Shown here: positions 41,720 to 52,055 of the stretch, piece by piece
How positions within the stretch are numbered: position 1 is the stretch's first letter
Layout of the letters: every line of letters starts with the position of its first letter
Source of the DNA: Nitrospirota bacterium
GTDB lineage: Bacteria; Nitrospirota; Nitrospiria; Nitrospirales; Nitrospiraceae
Assembly (NCBI GenBank): GCA_963703955.1
Contig: CAVPGK010000012.1
Coordinates: forward strand, 147,039-211,038
Direction: 5' to 3'
Length of the DNA stretch: 64,000 nucleotides
Program-made: the position numbers and the translations under genes
The notes under the pieces: model-generated
Databases searched by the model: none
What the model was told of the DNA's origin: nothing
Seen by the model: the letters and a program-made list of their open reading frames with translations, nothing else

Positions 41720-42601
41720 CTAGTGTTTATAGAGGCGCACGCGTTCACGCAATCCGGTGCTCATCACCGTGCCATCAGAAACATTTAGCCTGTACACTCC
41801 GCCAAGCGGCTCGTTAGGAATCTGAATAATTATCCCTCCTTTAACGAGATCTTCCAGTCTGCCCGGAAGTTTTCCAAAGATCGCGTGATAGCGGCGAACC
41901 CCTTCTTCCAAAAATCGGATATCCCGCTCTGCAACGATCTCTTTCATCCGCCGTGCAAGCCCCTCACGGACACGCTCATCCCACACTTGCTGGTAGACTC
42001 GTTGAAGGAACTCCAATGACGCTTCAGGATCACCGGCCTCAAGAGTCATCTTTGCAGCGAGATGTGGAAGATACTTGGGTGAGCCAGGCAACATCGACGC
42101 CATCTGAAAGTACTTCCCGGCTGTCTTCGGATCATGAAGTTCAAAGTAGTGGTCATACCCCAGTAGAAAAGGAATGATCCAAGCATCAGGATTATGCTGC
42201 ATGCCTTTTTCTAGGAGCGCGATGCTTTCGCGGGTCTGTTTGGCGGAGACAGCCAATACAGTCCCTGTCGCCTGGTATGCATAGAGAAACTTCGGATCCA
42301 AATCGGTGAGGACATCGGCAGCCCTATAGGCCCACAGGTATCCCTCGCTCGTCTGTTCCCGAATTCCAAAGTGCTGAACCACTTTCAACCAGATAAGGTC
42401 TGCTGCCATCTGTCGGTAACCTAACACCGCTACCTTGAGGTACTCCCCTCTTGGGAGATACGAAAGTTCGATCGCTCTTGATGAAGCCGTGCGCTCACGT
42501 TCGATGACTGTCAGCATCCCAATGATAGATCCGACCAAAGCGACGATCATGCTTCCAATTGACACGAACCTCGTGAAACCAGTCAAGGCATGCAAGTTCA
42601 T
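41720..42601 (-). CDS. Membrane-anchored TPR-like pilus accessory protein, PilG-like (Myxococcus/Geobacter type)
   Basis: N-terminal TM, ADLIW, LDPKF, C-terminal EPLGG; lies between pilA and the ABC genes. Confidence 0.65.
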   Translation of the reverse strand: MNLHALTGFTRFVSIGSMIVALVGSIIGMLTVIERERTASSRAIELSYLPRGEYLKVAVLGYRQMAADLIWLKVVQHFGIREQTSEGYLWAYRAADVLTDLDPKFLYAYQATGTVLAVSAKQTRESIALLEKGMQHNPDAWIIPFLLGYDHYFELHDPKTAGKYFQMASMLPGSPKYLPHLAAKMTLEAGDPEASLEFLQRVYQQVWDERVREGLARRMKEIVAERDIRFLEEGVRRYHAIFGKLPGRLEDLVKGGIIIQIPNEPLGGVYRLNVSDGTVMSTGLRERVRLYKH

Positions 42602-44709
42602 TGCTTGCGCCTTTCCCGTTCCAGCGCGACTGCCAGCGATGAGACATCGGCCGTGAGGAATCGCGACTCCACGGCATCTTTGCTCCAGCCGTCATATCGA
42701 CGCTGCCGTTCGAGAATTTCTCGATATTCGTCGTTGGCCTGAGCCAGCCTTCCCGTCTTCAAGTAGATTGTGGCAAGCCATTCTCGACCTGGCAAGTAAT
42801 TCGGTTCTAGTTCGATCCCGCGCTTCACATAGGCTTCGGCTGTCTCGCGCTCCCCAAGTTCCTGATAAATCTTGCCCAATTCGAGAAGGTAAAACGGCGT
42901 AAATGGCTCCAATTCAACCGCTCGTTGATAAGCCTTGCTTGCAGCACGTAGCCAAGATAGTCGTTGCTCGGATATGGCACTTGCTGTCGAATATAGCGGC
43001 GACAGTGACGAAGAGAAATTCACATAGACATACCCTAAGAGGGCAAACAGACGTCCATCCAAAGGATTGAGCTGAATAGCCAACTGGACTTCATCCACCG
43101 AGGCCCGCCAACTCTGGAGAGTATGGGTCTGCTGAAAGACTTGGAAATGCGCTGCTGCGAGAGAGCTGTGGTACAACGCCTTTGCCGAGTCCAATGCGAC
43201 TGCCGTCTGATAGCTTTTGATGGCTGCTGGAACATTTTGGCTTTCCAGAGCATGAGAGCCAGCTTCATATGCCGCCCAGGCGACTCCCAACTTGACGACG
43301 GTTATTCCCGCAATTCCAACGACACCAATGCCAATCATCAAGACGATGCGTCGGAGTTTCACTGGAATCCTAAGTCCCGGTTTCACAACACCTTCAACCA
43401 ACTGACGCGTCGACAAGACAATACCCACACTGAATATCAATACGATCGCCAGGGCTGGTTCATGCAGATTCGAATCCACACCGGCATGAATCAGTACTGC
43501 GGCGATGGCACCGCTGACGCCTACCATGAGACCGCGCTGCCACCTCCGTAACCGCTGCCTCAATATCCACATCGCATCCCTAGCGACCAAGATCACCCCC
43601 AAACAGAATATTGCGAGGCTGGCAACGCCGAGCTCTAGACCCATTTGGAGATATTCGTTATGCGCCGTCTGGGCAACTTTTCCGTAACGGGTGATCTGGC
43701 CCTCAATTGGTAAAGCATGGCGCGGATAGACATATTGAGATAACCCTATTCCGATTCCGAATGGATGATGGATTATTTCGTGAACTGAGCTTTGCCAGAT
43801 CTGCCAACGAGAATAGCTCGCACGGTTTTGTTCGTGCTCAGCCTGGAGCCGTTCCCGAAAGGGACTCGGTGCCAGAAGGACGAGTGCAATCAGCAAGACA
43901 CAAACAACAACTCCACCAAATCCATGCCGCACGAGGACGATTAAGGCTGTCGCAGCAAAAAGAGCCAGGATCGCGCCTCGTGATCCTGTCCAGAGAATGG
44001 CTACCATGAAGAATGCCATCATGAGGATAAGTGCTACGAAGCCAACGAAGGAGCGCGAAGTTTTCTGCCTTTTTTTCCAAGAGTTCTTCCTTATCCCATA
44101 GGAAAGATAGCCTAGCAGGATACTCCATGCAGCCACGAGATACCCGGCTAGGAAATTGGGATTAAAAAATGTCCCGCTGGGTCGCAAAGTCTTGAGCCAT
44201 GTTCCTTGAACAATTGCCAGACATGCTTCTAAGAGTCCCATTCCAATGAGAACCGTCATCAACGTGGCGATATCATCCCACGCTAATGAAAGAGAGACAA
44301 GCACGTAGAGCAATAATGCATAGCTGAAGAGAACGATTAACCACTGAAGGCTCTGATGAAGATATGGAGAGCATAGTGTGGACATCAAAACAAGTCCTAG
44401 GTAGGCCAATATGGTTAGGCCAATATCAGTCCGAAACCCTCTTGCTAATCCTGTTTGAGTCTGTATCCACAGAGAGACAACGAAAAGGAAAAGGGTCAAG
44501 AGGCGGGTAATCATGACTGCGAGATGAGTTGTTCCGCCTTCGAGGAGTGGTGAGAACACGAGTAGGGTAATCAGTGAAAGTATGCCTACAAGGTGAGGCT
44601 TTGCTTGACAAAAAAGGGAAGAAGACACACCAAGAGCGGATCGGTCTGTGGGAACTACAGCATGCCGTAATAAGATTCGATTGATCACATCATCTGATCG
44701 CAAACACAA
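42598..44709 (-). CDS. O-antigen-ligase-like (Wzy_C) membrane protein with C-terminal TPRs; candidate pilin oligosaccharyltransferase
   Basis: GTFFNPN, TGSRGA, GIGIG and AHNEYLQ motifs; multi-TM; TPR tail; start uncertain. Confidence 0.8.
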   Translation of the reverse strand: MCLRSDDVINRILLRHAVVPTDRSALGVSSSLFCQAKPHLVGILSLITLLVFSPLLEGGTTHLAVMITRLLTLFLFVVSLWIQTQTGLARGFRTDIGLTILAYLGLVLMSTLCSPYLHQSLQWLIVLFSYALLLYVLVSLSLAWDDIATLMTVLIGMGLLEACLAIVQGTWLKTLRPSGTFFNPNFLAGYLVAAWSILLGYLSYGIRKNSWKKRQKTSRSFVGFVALILMMAFFMVAILWTGSRGAILALFAATALIVLVRHGFGGVVVCVLLIALVLLAPSPFRERLQAEHEQNRASYSRWQIWQSSVHEIIHHPFGIGIGLSQYVYPRHALPIEGQITRYGKVAQTAHNEYLQMGLELGVASLAIFCLGVILVARDAMWILRQRLRRWQRGLMVGVSGAIAAVLIHAGVDSNLHEPALAIVLIFSVGIVLSTRQLVEGVVKPGLRIPVKLRRIVLMIGIGVVGIAGITVVKLGVAWAAYEAGSHALESQNVPAAIKSYQTAVALDSAKALYHSSLAAAHFQVFQQTHTLQSWRASVDEVQLAIQLNPLDGRLFALLGYVYVNFSSSLSPLYSTASAISEQRLSWLRAASKAYQRAVELEPFTPFYLLELGKIYQELGERETAEAYVKRGIELEPNYLPGREWLATIYLKTGRLAQANDEYREILERQRRYDGWSKDAVESRFLTADVSSLAVALERERRKQ

Positions 44710-44787
44710 TCTGGAGTAGCGAGATGACCAGTGGGATAGGCTTAACCGGAGTCAAGCATCAGAACTTAGCCGCGTGGTTGACAGCCC

Positions 44788-44827
44788 AAGAGGGGAGCAG
44801 GGATCAAATCCCTACTCCCCTCTTTTT
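44788..44827. terminator. Strong stem-loop just downstream of pilA
   Basis: AAGAGGGGAG-c-AGGGAT-caa-ATCCCT-a-CTCCCCTCTT; long T run only on +, short on the pilA strand. Confidence 0.65.
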
Positions 44828-44840
44828 GACAGCACCGGGT

Positions 44841-45332
44841 CTAGCCGGTTACGTCATTGCAACCATTCCCTTGAGCCTGAAGACCTGCTTTGATGTCATT
44901 GACAGTCCAATGATCGAAGGTCGCATCGCTGTCGAGATTGGCCACAGCGCTTGCCGTAAAGGCTGTCGCGTTCCCGCCTGGAGGAATGGCCGGCCCCATC
45001 GCCGAAGCTAGGCAGGCGCCATTCTCGGCTGTCGCACCAAGCGTCCCATTAATTTGGTCTCCGGCTCCAGACCGATAGGTGTAACGGTTGCTTCCTCCAG
45101 ACAACACGAACCCGACATTCGCCAATACGTCGTAAGTTCCCGTGTTACTGAACGAAGCGGTCTCTGCCACATAGATTCCGCCGAGATTGGTCCTTGCTTC
45201 GGCCTGTCGGGACGTGGCCTGATACCGCAGAAAGTTGGGGATCGCGATGGCCGCCAAAATGCCGATAATGGCCACCACAATCATCAACTCAATGAGTGTA
45301 AAGCCCTTGTCACTACGCAATGATCTCAACAT
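44841..45332 (-). CDS. pilA: Type IVa major pilin
   Basis: G|FTLIELMIVVAIIGILAAIAIP prepilin motif with E5; AGGAGGAGG RBS; two Cys. Confidence 0.92.
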   Translation of the reverse strand: MLRSLRSDKGFTLIELMIVVAIIGILAAIAIPNFLRYQATSRQAEARTNLGGIYVAETASFSNTGTYDVLANVGFVLSGGSNRYTYRSGAGDQINGTLGATAENGACLASAMGPAIPPGGNATAFTASAVANLDSDATFDHWTVNDIKAGLQAQGNGCNDVTG

Positions 45333-45424
45333 GTTACCTCCTCCTTTGCTTGAGTTTACTACCGACACTGCCCTCCCCCCTGACCATCTACAAGCTGTAT
45401 TCATCGAGTGCTGGTGGTAAGGTC

Positions 45425-45440
45425 AGCAGATTCCGTGCCG
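45425..45440 (-). promoter_or_regulatory. Sigma54 (-24/-12) promoter of pilA
   Basis: CGGCACGGAATCTGCT versus consensus TGGCACG-N4-TTGCW. Confidence 0.75.
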
Positions 45441-45715
45441 GATTGTTAACGTATAGTTCTGTTAATGAAAATAACTGCTTATGAAAAACGATGAGGGATG
45501 GGCGTGACTTGGAATAGTCGAGTTCCTTCCAGTTTACGTTGATAAATGCCAAGATTTGGCATGTCCCAATATAGGTCCTCGTGTTCCCAAGTTAGAATCC
45601 TATGTCACAAAAAGGAGGGTTGAATTCGACACCGACCATCTCTTGGCATAACGCGCAACTCGAATTATTGGCGCGCTGTCCAATAGCGGCTCATGGACGC
45701 AATTCTGACGGCGAG

Positions 45716-47560
45716 TTACGGATTAGCCTGGGTTCTGGAAGAGCTTTGCGACACACGTCGCTTGGCCTGTTGAACTCGTTCCTCTAAGGTAGGATCGCCA
45801 AACCCTCTCTCACGGTACCGCTCGATCAGCTTCAAATTGGAGGGATCCAGCTCAAGCGAACGAAGCCACGCTTCTCTGGCTTCCTGTATAAGGTTCTGCT
45901 TCAGATAGATTTCGCCAAGGTGCTCATAAATAACCGGATCATCCTTTACCAGGGCAGTCGCCTTGATAGTTTCAGCCCTCGCTTCATCTAATAGCCCCAT
46001 CTTAAACAAAGCCCACCCAAGGCTGTCGACGTAGTAGCCGTTATTCGGTTTCAGAGAGATAGCTCGTCTAATGAGTGAGATGGCTTCCGGAATCTTGATG
46101 CCACGTTCAGCGTAGCTGTACCCTAGGTAGTTCAATGCATCCGCATGTTTTGGGTCGAGCCGAAGTGTGGATTCCATTGCTCGGACAACATCATCAAAAC
46201 GGTTCAGCTTATCGTAGACAGTCCCCAAATTGAAGTGGAGATCAGGGTTTTCGGGATTATGGACAATTCCGTTTTCGAAGGCCTGAGACGCCAAGGCGTA
46301 CTGTTCATTCTGAAGATAGGTGAGGCCCAATAATAGGTGGGCATCCCCCTGTTTAGGATTTAGTTTAACGGTTTCATTCAGATGCAGAATAGCATCCCCT
46401 GAACGCTTCAACCGGTAGAATAAGAAGCCCATGTGCAAGTGGCCATCCACATAAGTCGGTTGGATCTTCAGGTTCGTCTCATACGCTTGAATGGCTTTAT
46501 CGTACTCCTTGACCTCTTCATACATGAGACCAAGATAATCACGTATGCGCAACTCCGTAGGGCGCTCCATCAGAATCTTGTTCAATCGTTCGATCGCCTT
46601 CGGATAATCTTTCAATTCTCCATAGATGAGACCGGATCGGAGCTGCGCGTCCAAGTCGTCTGGATTGTCCATGAGGACCTTTTCCAGCTCCGAAAGCGCC
46701 TCTTTGTAGGACTTGTCATAAAGGTAAAGCCGCACCAGATGCTGTCGGCCTTCCTTGCTATGAGGGTTCACGACCTGCAAGTACTTTCTGTAGACCGCAA
46801 TGGCTTTGGCTCTATCCTGTTGAGACTCATAAATAGAAGCCAAGGCCATGTACGCAGGCTCAAAGGTGGCGTTGGTGGAAATCGCCTGTTCAAAATGGAG
46901 GATAGCGCGGTCGAATTGCTTGGCTTCGACCTCAATCCTTCCTAAGTAGTAGTAACCAACTGGAGAGTCTTTGGCTTTTTCTATCCCCTGCTCGAACGCT
47001 CGCTCCGCTTCCTCAAGGCGCTTGAGATTGACCAAGAGGACTCCCTTGGAAAAATAGGAATCGCTTTCGTCTGGATACTTCAGAATCGCTTGATCGTACA
47101 AATCAAGCGCTTTCTCCGTCTGTCCCGACCCGGCGTAGATTCCGGCCAACTGAACCAACGTCGCAGCATCGGAGACATCGGTAATGGGAATCCGGTCAGC
47201 AAACTCGACCGCAGCAGCCAACTGCCCCGCTGAGAACAGCAGCGCAGCAATGCGCGACTTGAGGAAGATTGATGTCGGGTCGCCGCGGAGCGCCAGCTGA
47301 TATTCTAGGATCGCCTTTTCTTGGTCCTGGCTCAATTCCGCCCGGTAGCCGTTCAAGAAATGATAGTACGCACGCGCATCAGCAGGAGTGGTGGCACGAG
47401 CTTGCGGCGCTTCCGTGTACCCTGAGGATTGAGGGGGGCCAGCACCCGCGGGAGGAACCGTCGAGCAGGACACCGTCATCGACACACTTGAGCCTATAGC
47501 GATGAGGACTCTCACCCATTTGGATTGCGCGGAGTCCCATCCGCGGATGCGTCTCTTCAC
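45716..47560 (-). CDS. TPR-repeat probable lipoprotein
   Basis: Cys after a hydrophobic leader, many TPRs, ALNYLGYSYA, DSLGW and EHLGE; start uncertain. Confidence 0.85.
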   Translation of the reverse strand: MKRRIRGWDSAQSKWVRVLIAIGSSVSMTVSCSTVPPAGAGPPQSSGYTEAPQARATTPADARAYYHFLNGYRAELSQDQEKAILEYQLALRGDPTSIFLKSRIAALLFSAGQLAAAVEFADRIPITDVSDAATLVQLAGIYAGSGQTEKALDLYDQAILKYPDESDSYFSKGVLLVNLKRLEEAERAFEQGIEKAKDSPVGYYYLGRIEVEAKQFDRAILHFEQAISTNATFEPAYMALASIYESQQDRAKAIAVYRKYLQVVNPHSKEGRQHLVRLYLYDKSYKEALSELEKVLMDNPDDLDAQLRSGLIYGELKDYPKAIERLNKILMERPTELRIRDYLGLMYEEVKEYDKAIQAYETNLKIQPTYVDGHLHMGFLFYRLKRSGDAILHLNETVKLNPKQGDAHLLLGLTYLQNEQYALASQAFENGIVHNPENPDLHFNLGTVYDKLNRFDDVVRAMESTLRLDPKHADALNYLGYSYAERGIKIPEAISLIRRAISLKPNNGYYVDSLGWALFKMGLLDEARAETIKATALVKDDPVIYEHLGEIYLKQNLIQEAREAWLRSLELDPSNLKLIERYRERGFGDPTLEERVQQAKRRVSQSSSRTQANP

Positions 47561-47644
47561 GATCGTCCTCGTGAGTGTTGGTGGGTGAGAACTTCAGAGG
47601 GTAGCACGATTGTGATCAGATTATACGGGCTTCGGAAAGGGGTG

Positions 47645-49009
47645 TCAAACAGTGTGATCCTCTTCAAGGTCTGCAAACTTCGCGAACTTATCGAGGAACA
47701 CCAACTGCCGATCTCCAGTCGGACCGTTACGATGCTTCTTGACGAGGATATCGGCGATGCCCTTCTTTTCCGAATCCGCGTCGTAGAGCTCGTCACGATA
47801 AATGAAGATCACCACGTCGGCATCCTGCTCGATCGCTCCACTTTCCCGAAGGTCGGCAAGCATGGGGATCGGCGGTTTGCGGCTTTCAACCGCCCGACTC
47901 AATTGAGACAAGGCGACCACAGGAACATCTAACTCCTTCGCTAACGCTTTCAGCGATCGTGAGATATCAGAAATCTCTTGTTGACGCGATTCCGCGTCGC
48001 TGCGACCCTGCATAAGCTGGAGATAGTCCACGATCAGCAGATCGAGCCTCTTTTGCTCCGCCTTTAATCGCCGGGCTTTGCCCCGCATCTGTTGGACCGT
48101 GAGAGTCCCAGAGTCATCGATAAAAATCGGGGCCTGCTCTAGTTTTCCAGCAGCATCCGCAAGCCTCCACCAATCTTCCTTCTGTAATCTGCCAATGCGC
48201 AGGGCATGAGAGTCTACACGCGCCTCGGAACTCAGCATCCGCAGGACTAGTTGTGCTTTGGCCATCTCTAGGCTGAAGATTCCGACGACATGGCCGTGTT
48301 TGATGGCTGCATGTTGAGCAATGCCAAGGGCCAGACTGGTCTTTCCCATACTGGGACGCGCGGCAATGACGACAAGATCCGATGGCTGTAGCCCAGCCGT
48401 GAGTTCATCCAATTCGATGAATCCTGTGGGAACTCCGGTGACTGTCTTGTGGTCTCGCTTTGAAAGCACATCGACAAAATCCAAACTGTCCTTGATGATT
48501 TCCTTGAGCCGAATGAATGATCGTCCCAATTTTCCTTGCGCGAGACTGAAGACCGATCGTTCAGCGAAATCCAGTAGGTCATCAATCGGAGCTGTCCCCT
48601 CATAACCTCGCGAAATCACCTCTGTTGATGTGCTGATGAGACCTCTGAGGAGCGCTTTGTCTCGGACGATTCGACAATGATACTTAGCGTTTGCAGCGGT
48701 TGGCACTGCTTGGACTAGCTCTGCCAAATAGGCGGAGCCTCCAACAGTTTCAAGCTCGCCTTTCATTCTGAGATGCTCTGATAGCGTAATCTGGTCAACC
48801 ACTTCTCCATGTTCCGACAGCTCCAGCATGGCCATGTAGATCTTGCGGTGAGCGGTCCTATAGAAATCGTCCTCGGTGAGAACTTCCATGGCCTTGGCCA
48901 TGGAAGCATTATCGAGAAGGATCGCCCCAAGAACCGATTGTTCGGCTTCCAGATTTTGAGGCGGCAGTCTGGGCGTCGACTGATCGGGAGGAGTTATCCG
49001 TTCTTGCAT
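47645..49009 (-). CDS. dnaB: Replicative DNA helicase
   Basis: PPQNLEAEQSVLG, AARPSMGKT, SLEM, DYLQL, LRESGAIEQDAD and RNGPTG; no intein. Confidence 0.97.
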   Translation of the reverse strand: MQERITPPDQSTPRLPPQNLEAEQSVLGAILLDNASMAKAMEVLTEDDFYRTAHRKIYMAMLELSEHGEVVDQITLSEHLRMKGELETVGGSAYLAELVQAVPTAANAKYHCRIVRDKALLRGLISTSTEVISRGYEGTAPIDDLLDFAERSVFSLAQGKLGRSFIRLKEIIKDSLDFVDVLSKRDHKTVTGVPTGFIELDELTAGLQPSDLVVIAARPSMGKTSLALGIAQHAAIKHGHVVGIFSLEMAKAQLVLRMLSSEARVDSHALRIGRLQKEDWWRLADAAGKLEQAPIFIDDSGTLTVQQMRGKARRLKAEQKRLDLLIVDYLQLMQGRSDAESRQQEISDISRSLKALAKELDVPVVALSQLSRAVESRKPPIPMLADLRESGAIEQDADVVIFIYRDELYDADSEKKGIADILVKKHRNGPTGDRQLVFLDKFAKFADLEEDHTV

Positions 49010-50427
49010 GGAGCCGGCACCAATTTCGCCAGTGTGATGAGATCCTTGATCTTGACTCTCTTTCGCTCGACCACACGCGGACTTCCATCGAGCAGACGCC
49101 CCGAAGAATCCCGGAGAAGCAGGACCTCATCCGATGCCAGGCTCCTATGTCCAACGATCGCAATGGCGGTGACCGCTAAAAGCCGTCCATCATTCACCGC
49201 GGAGCGAAGCGCATCTTCTCCGGAGCCAGACAACGTCCGTTGGACGACCCGTGCTCCAGACTCGCGTAACACACGGGCGACTTCAAACGCTCGGGCATTG
49301 TCGCGCGGCAAGGCTGAAAGAAGGATATCCGCTCGAGACAAGGCCGGTCCATCTCCCACATGCTCCATTGCCCGAAAGAGTCGATCAACATCGAACGCAA
49401 ACCCCGTCGAGGGGAGGTCCCGACCAAAGCGCCCGATTAGATGGTTATAACGTCCTCCTCCTCCCAATTCACATCCCAGGCCATCCGCAAAGACATCGAA
49501 GACCACTCCATCATAGTAGTCAAATCCCCTAAACTCCCCTAAATCCAGTAAGAGGTGGTTCTTCAGACCCGACGACTCTAAGAGACGATACACCTCACTC
49601 AATCGCTTGAGAATCCGACGCAATTCCACGTCGCGGCCGGCGAGGGTCCATCCCCGTTCTAGCACTCCGGACTGCCCATACAGGCCAGGCGCCTCCAGAA
49701 TTGTGCGTGCTTGTCCTGCCGAGACCCGCTCTTTCCTCAGAATCTCTTCGAGCTTTGGAATATCCTTTTTCGAAGCAGCCCTCTCCGCCCGCTTTCGACC
49801 TTCCGAAGACATCCCTGTTCTTCTGAGGAGAGCCTTGAAAAAACCCACATGTCCCAATGAAATCTTGAAGCCGGGAAGACCCAGGCGCTTCAACGACTCA
49901 ATTATCAATGCAATGATCTCGCCGTCCGTCGCTACATCGTCGGCCCCAATCAACTCGGCTCCCACCTGAAAAATCTCTCGCTCCCGACCCGCATGTTCAG
50001 GCTCGTACCGGAACACAGTTGTTCGATAGCACAACCTCAACGGAAGACTCGATTCGACCATCCCCATCGCCACGATGCGGGCAATTTGCGCCGTCACGTC
50101 CGGCCTCAGGAGAAGGATCCGTCCGGTTGTGCGGTCCGAAAATTTGTAACACTTCTCGATAAGATCTGGTTCCAACCCCGCGGACAGAACATCGAGATAT
50201 TCGAAGGTGGGAGGAATAATTTCCTGGTATCCCCAGCGGCTGAGAGTCGTCAGCAACACATCTTCAAGATGACGGACCCTCTGAGCCGTCTGCGGAAGGA
50301 TCGCAGCCATCCCGACAGGAATCAGGGAGCGCTCGTGTTTCTGCCTAGGCTCCGTGTGAGCCTGGAACAGCTTCCGTGATCGACTAACTCGTGAGGGGCG
50401 GGACATAAGCGAGGAAGGACCGATCAC
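48994..50427 (-). CDS. hisZ: ATP phosphoribosyltransferase regulatory subunit
   Basis: LRPDVTAQIAR, REIFQVGAELIG, YYDG and GGGRY; start uncertain. Confidence 0.85.
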   Translation of the reverse strand: MIGPSSLMSRPSRVSRSRKLFQAHTEPRQKHERSLIPVGMAAILPQTAQRVRHLEDVLLTTLSRWGYQEIIPPTFEYLDVLSAGLEPDLIEKCYKFSDRTTGRILLLRPDVTAQIARIVAMGMVESSLPLRLCYRTTVFRYEPEHAGREREIFQVGAELIGADDVATDGEIIALIIESLKRLGLPGFKISLGHVGFFKALLRRTGMSSEGRKRAERAASKKDIPKLEEILRKERVSAGQARTILEAPGLYGQSGVLERGWTLAGRDVELRRILKRLSEVYRLLESSGLKNHLLLDLGEFRGFDYYDGVVFDVFADGLGCELGGGGRYNHLIGRFGRDLPSTGFAFDVDRLFRAMEHVGDGPALSRADILLSALPRDNARAFEVARVLRESGARVVQRTLSGSGEDALRSAVNDGRLLAVTAIAIVGHRSLASDEVLLLRDSSGRLLDGSPRVVERKRVKIKDLITLAKLVPAPCKNG

Positions 50428-52016
50428 CGTCCTTTGGACAGATCCGTCAGCTTTACGGAGAGAATATTGGTTCCGCCCTTGATGGTCTGGAGTACATCAT
50501 CCGGGAGCGGAGCATCCAATCCGATGATGAGGAGTGCATTTCCGCCACGCTCTTCCCGGGAACATTGCATCCGTGCAATGTTGATGTTGTGCTCACCCAA
50601 TACTTGGCCCACCGCCCCGATGACCCCGGGCCGATCGACGTTGAGGATCAGCAGCATATGGCCTTCGGGCGACACCTCAACCTGGAAGTTATCGATTTCG
50701 ATGATGCGCGGGTCTTTCCGGTTATACAGCGTTCCGGCCACCCGATGAGCCTTTTTGCCCGCCTCAATTCGAACTCGAATCACGCTGGTGAAATCGCCAG
50801 CGTCACCGCTTTTGACCTCTTTGACCTCGATCCCCCGCTCTCTTGCGATCACGGGAGCGTTCACGAAATTGACGGCATCTTCCAAGATTGGGGTGAGCAA
50901 CCCCTTTAGCGCCGCAATGGTCAACGGTGCGACTGACAGAGAAGCCACTTCCCCGTTGTATTCGACCGTGACCCGCTCCAAACCACCTTCGTAGAGTTGG
51001 GCTTGGAAAAGGCCAATCTTCTCGGCCAATGTAAGATAGGGCTGCAATCGAGGAAGGAGTTCGGGGGAAACGGAAGGGATATTAACCGCCCCACGCGCGA
51101 TCCCTTTCGTGAAGTAATCCACGATTTGCTCGGCGATCCCGACGGCCACGTTCTCCTGGGCTTCATTCGTCGATGCGCCGATATGGGGCGTAGAGATGAA
51201 ATTTTCCAGGGTCAGCAAGGGGTGCCCTGGCTTGATCGGTTCCTCTTCAAATACATCAAAGGCTGCAGCGGCCACCTTCTTGGTCTTGAGCGCTTCAACC
51301 AAATCCGCCTCATTGACGATTCCACCACGCGCGCAGTTCACAATCATGACGCCCGCTTTCATCTGAGCCATGCTAGCGGCGTTAATCAACGACTTGGTCT
51401 CAGAGGTCAGGGGCGTGTGCAGGGAGATGATATCCGCGCGCCGAAACAGTTCGGCGAGCTCAACGACTTCAACGCCCATCTTGCGGGCCCGCTCCTCCGC
51501 CAAATAGGGGTCATAGGCAATGACATTCATAGACAGCCCTTGTGCCAGCTTCGTGAGATAGCCACCGATTTGTCCGATTCCGACCACACCCAGGGTCTTA
51601 TTGTACAACTCCACTCCCATGAATCGGTCTTTTTCCCATTTACCGGCTTTCATCGAAGCGGTCGCTTGAGGAATGCGGCGGGTCATCGCAAAAATCATCG
51701 CCATGGTGTGTTCGGCGGTGGTCACGGTATTGCCGCCGGGAGTATTCATCACCACGATTCCGCGGCGCGTTGCAGCCTGTGTATCGATATTGTCCAAGCC
51801 CGATCCCGCTCGCCCGACAACTTTTAACTTCTCTGCAGCAGTAATCACGTCAGCGGTCACCTTCGTACCCGACCGCACAACCAGACCATCATACTGTCCA
51901 ATTTCCTTGAGTAGGTCCTCTTTGGGCAGCTTCGTCTTCACATCAACTGTGAAACCAGCTTTCTGGAGGATATCGACGCCTTGCTTGGACAAACTATCGC
52001 TGACCAGGATTTTCAT
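50424..52016 (-). CDS. serA: D-3-phosphoglycerate dehydrogenase
   Basis: [22 protein letters not shown] and TPHIGAS; ASB and ACT domains. Confidence 0.95.
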   Translation of the reverse strand: MKILVSDSLSKQGVDILQKAGFTVDVKTKLPKEDLLKEIGQYDGLVVRSGTKVTADVITAAEKLKVVGRAGSGLDNIDTQAATRRGIVVMNTPGGNTVTTAEHTMAMIFAMTRRIPQATASMKAGKWEKDRFMGVELYNKTLGVVGIGQIGGYLTKLAQGLSMNVIAYDPYLAEERARKMGVEVVELAELFRRADIISLHTPLTSETKSLINAASMAQMKAGVMIVNCARGGIVNEADLVEALKTKKVAAAAFDVFEEEPIKPGHPLLTLENFISTPHIGASTNEAQENVAVGIAEQIVDYFTKGIARGAVNIPSVSPELLPRLQPYLTLAEKIGLFQAQLYEGGLERVTVEYNGEVASLSVAPLTIAALKGLLTPILEDAVNFVNAPVIARERGIEVKEVKSGDAGDFTSVIRVRIEAGKKAHRVAGTLYNRKDPRIIEIDNFQVEVSPEGHMLLILNVDRPGVIGAVGQVLGEHNINIARMQCSREERGGNALLIIGLDAPLPDDVLQTIKGGTNILSVKLTDLSKGR

Positions 52017-52055
52017 CACGCTTCGTTCTTTACTGCCGGAATCAAGCCTCGATCA

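Noticed and set aside
44841..45302. Possible conductive e-pilin: aromatics at mature positions 1, 24, 27, 51 and 57 as in Geobacter PilA
   Set aside because: Only 12 F/Y/W in 153 aa (about 8%) and a 38-residue aromatic-free gap (77-114), below the usual e-pilin heuristics
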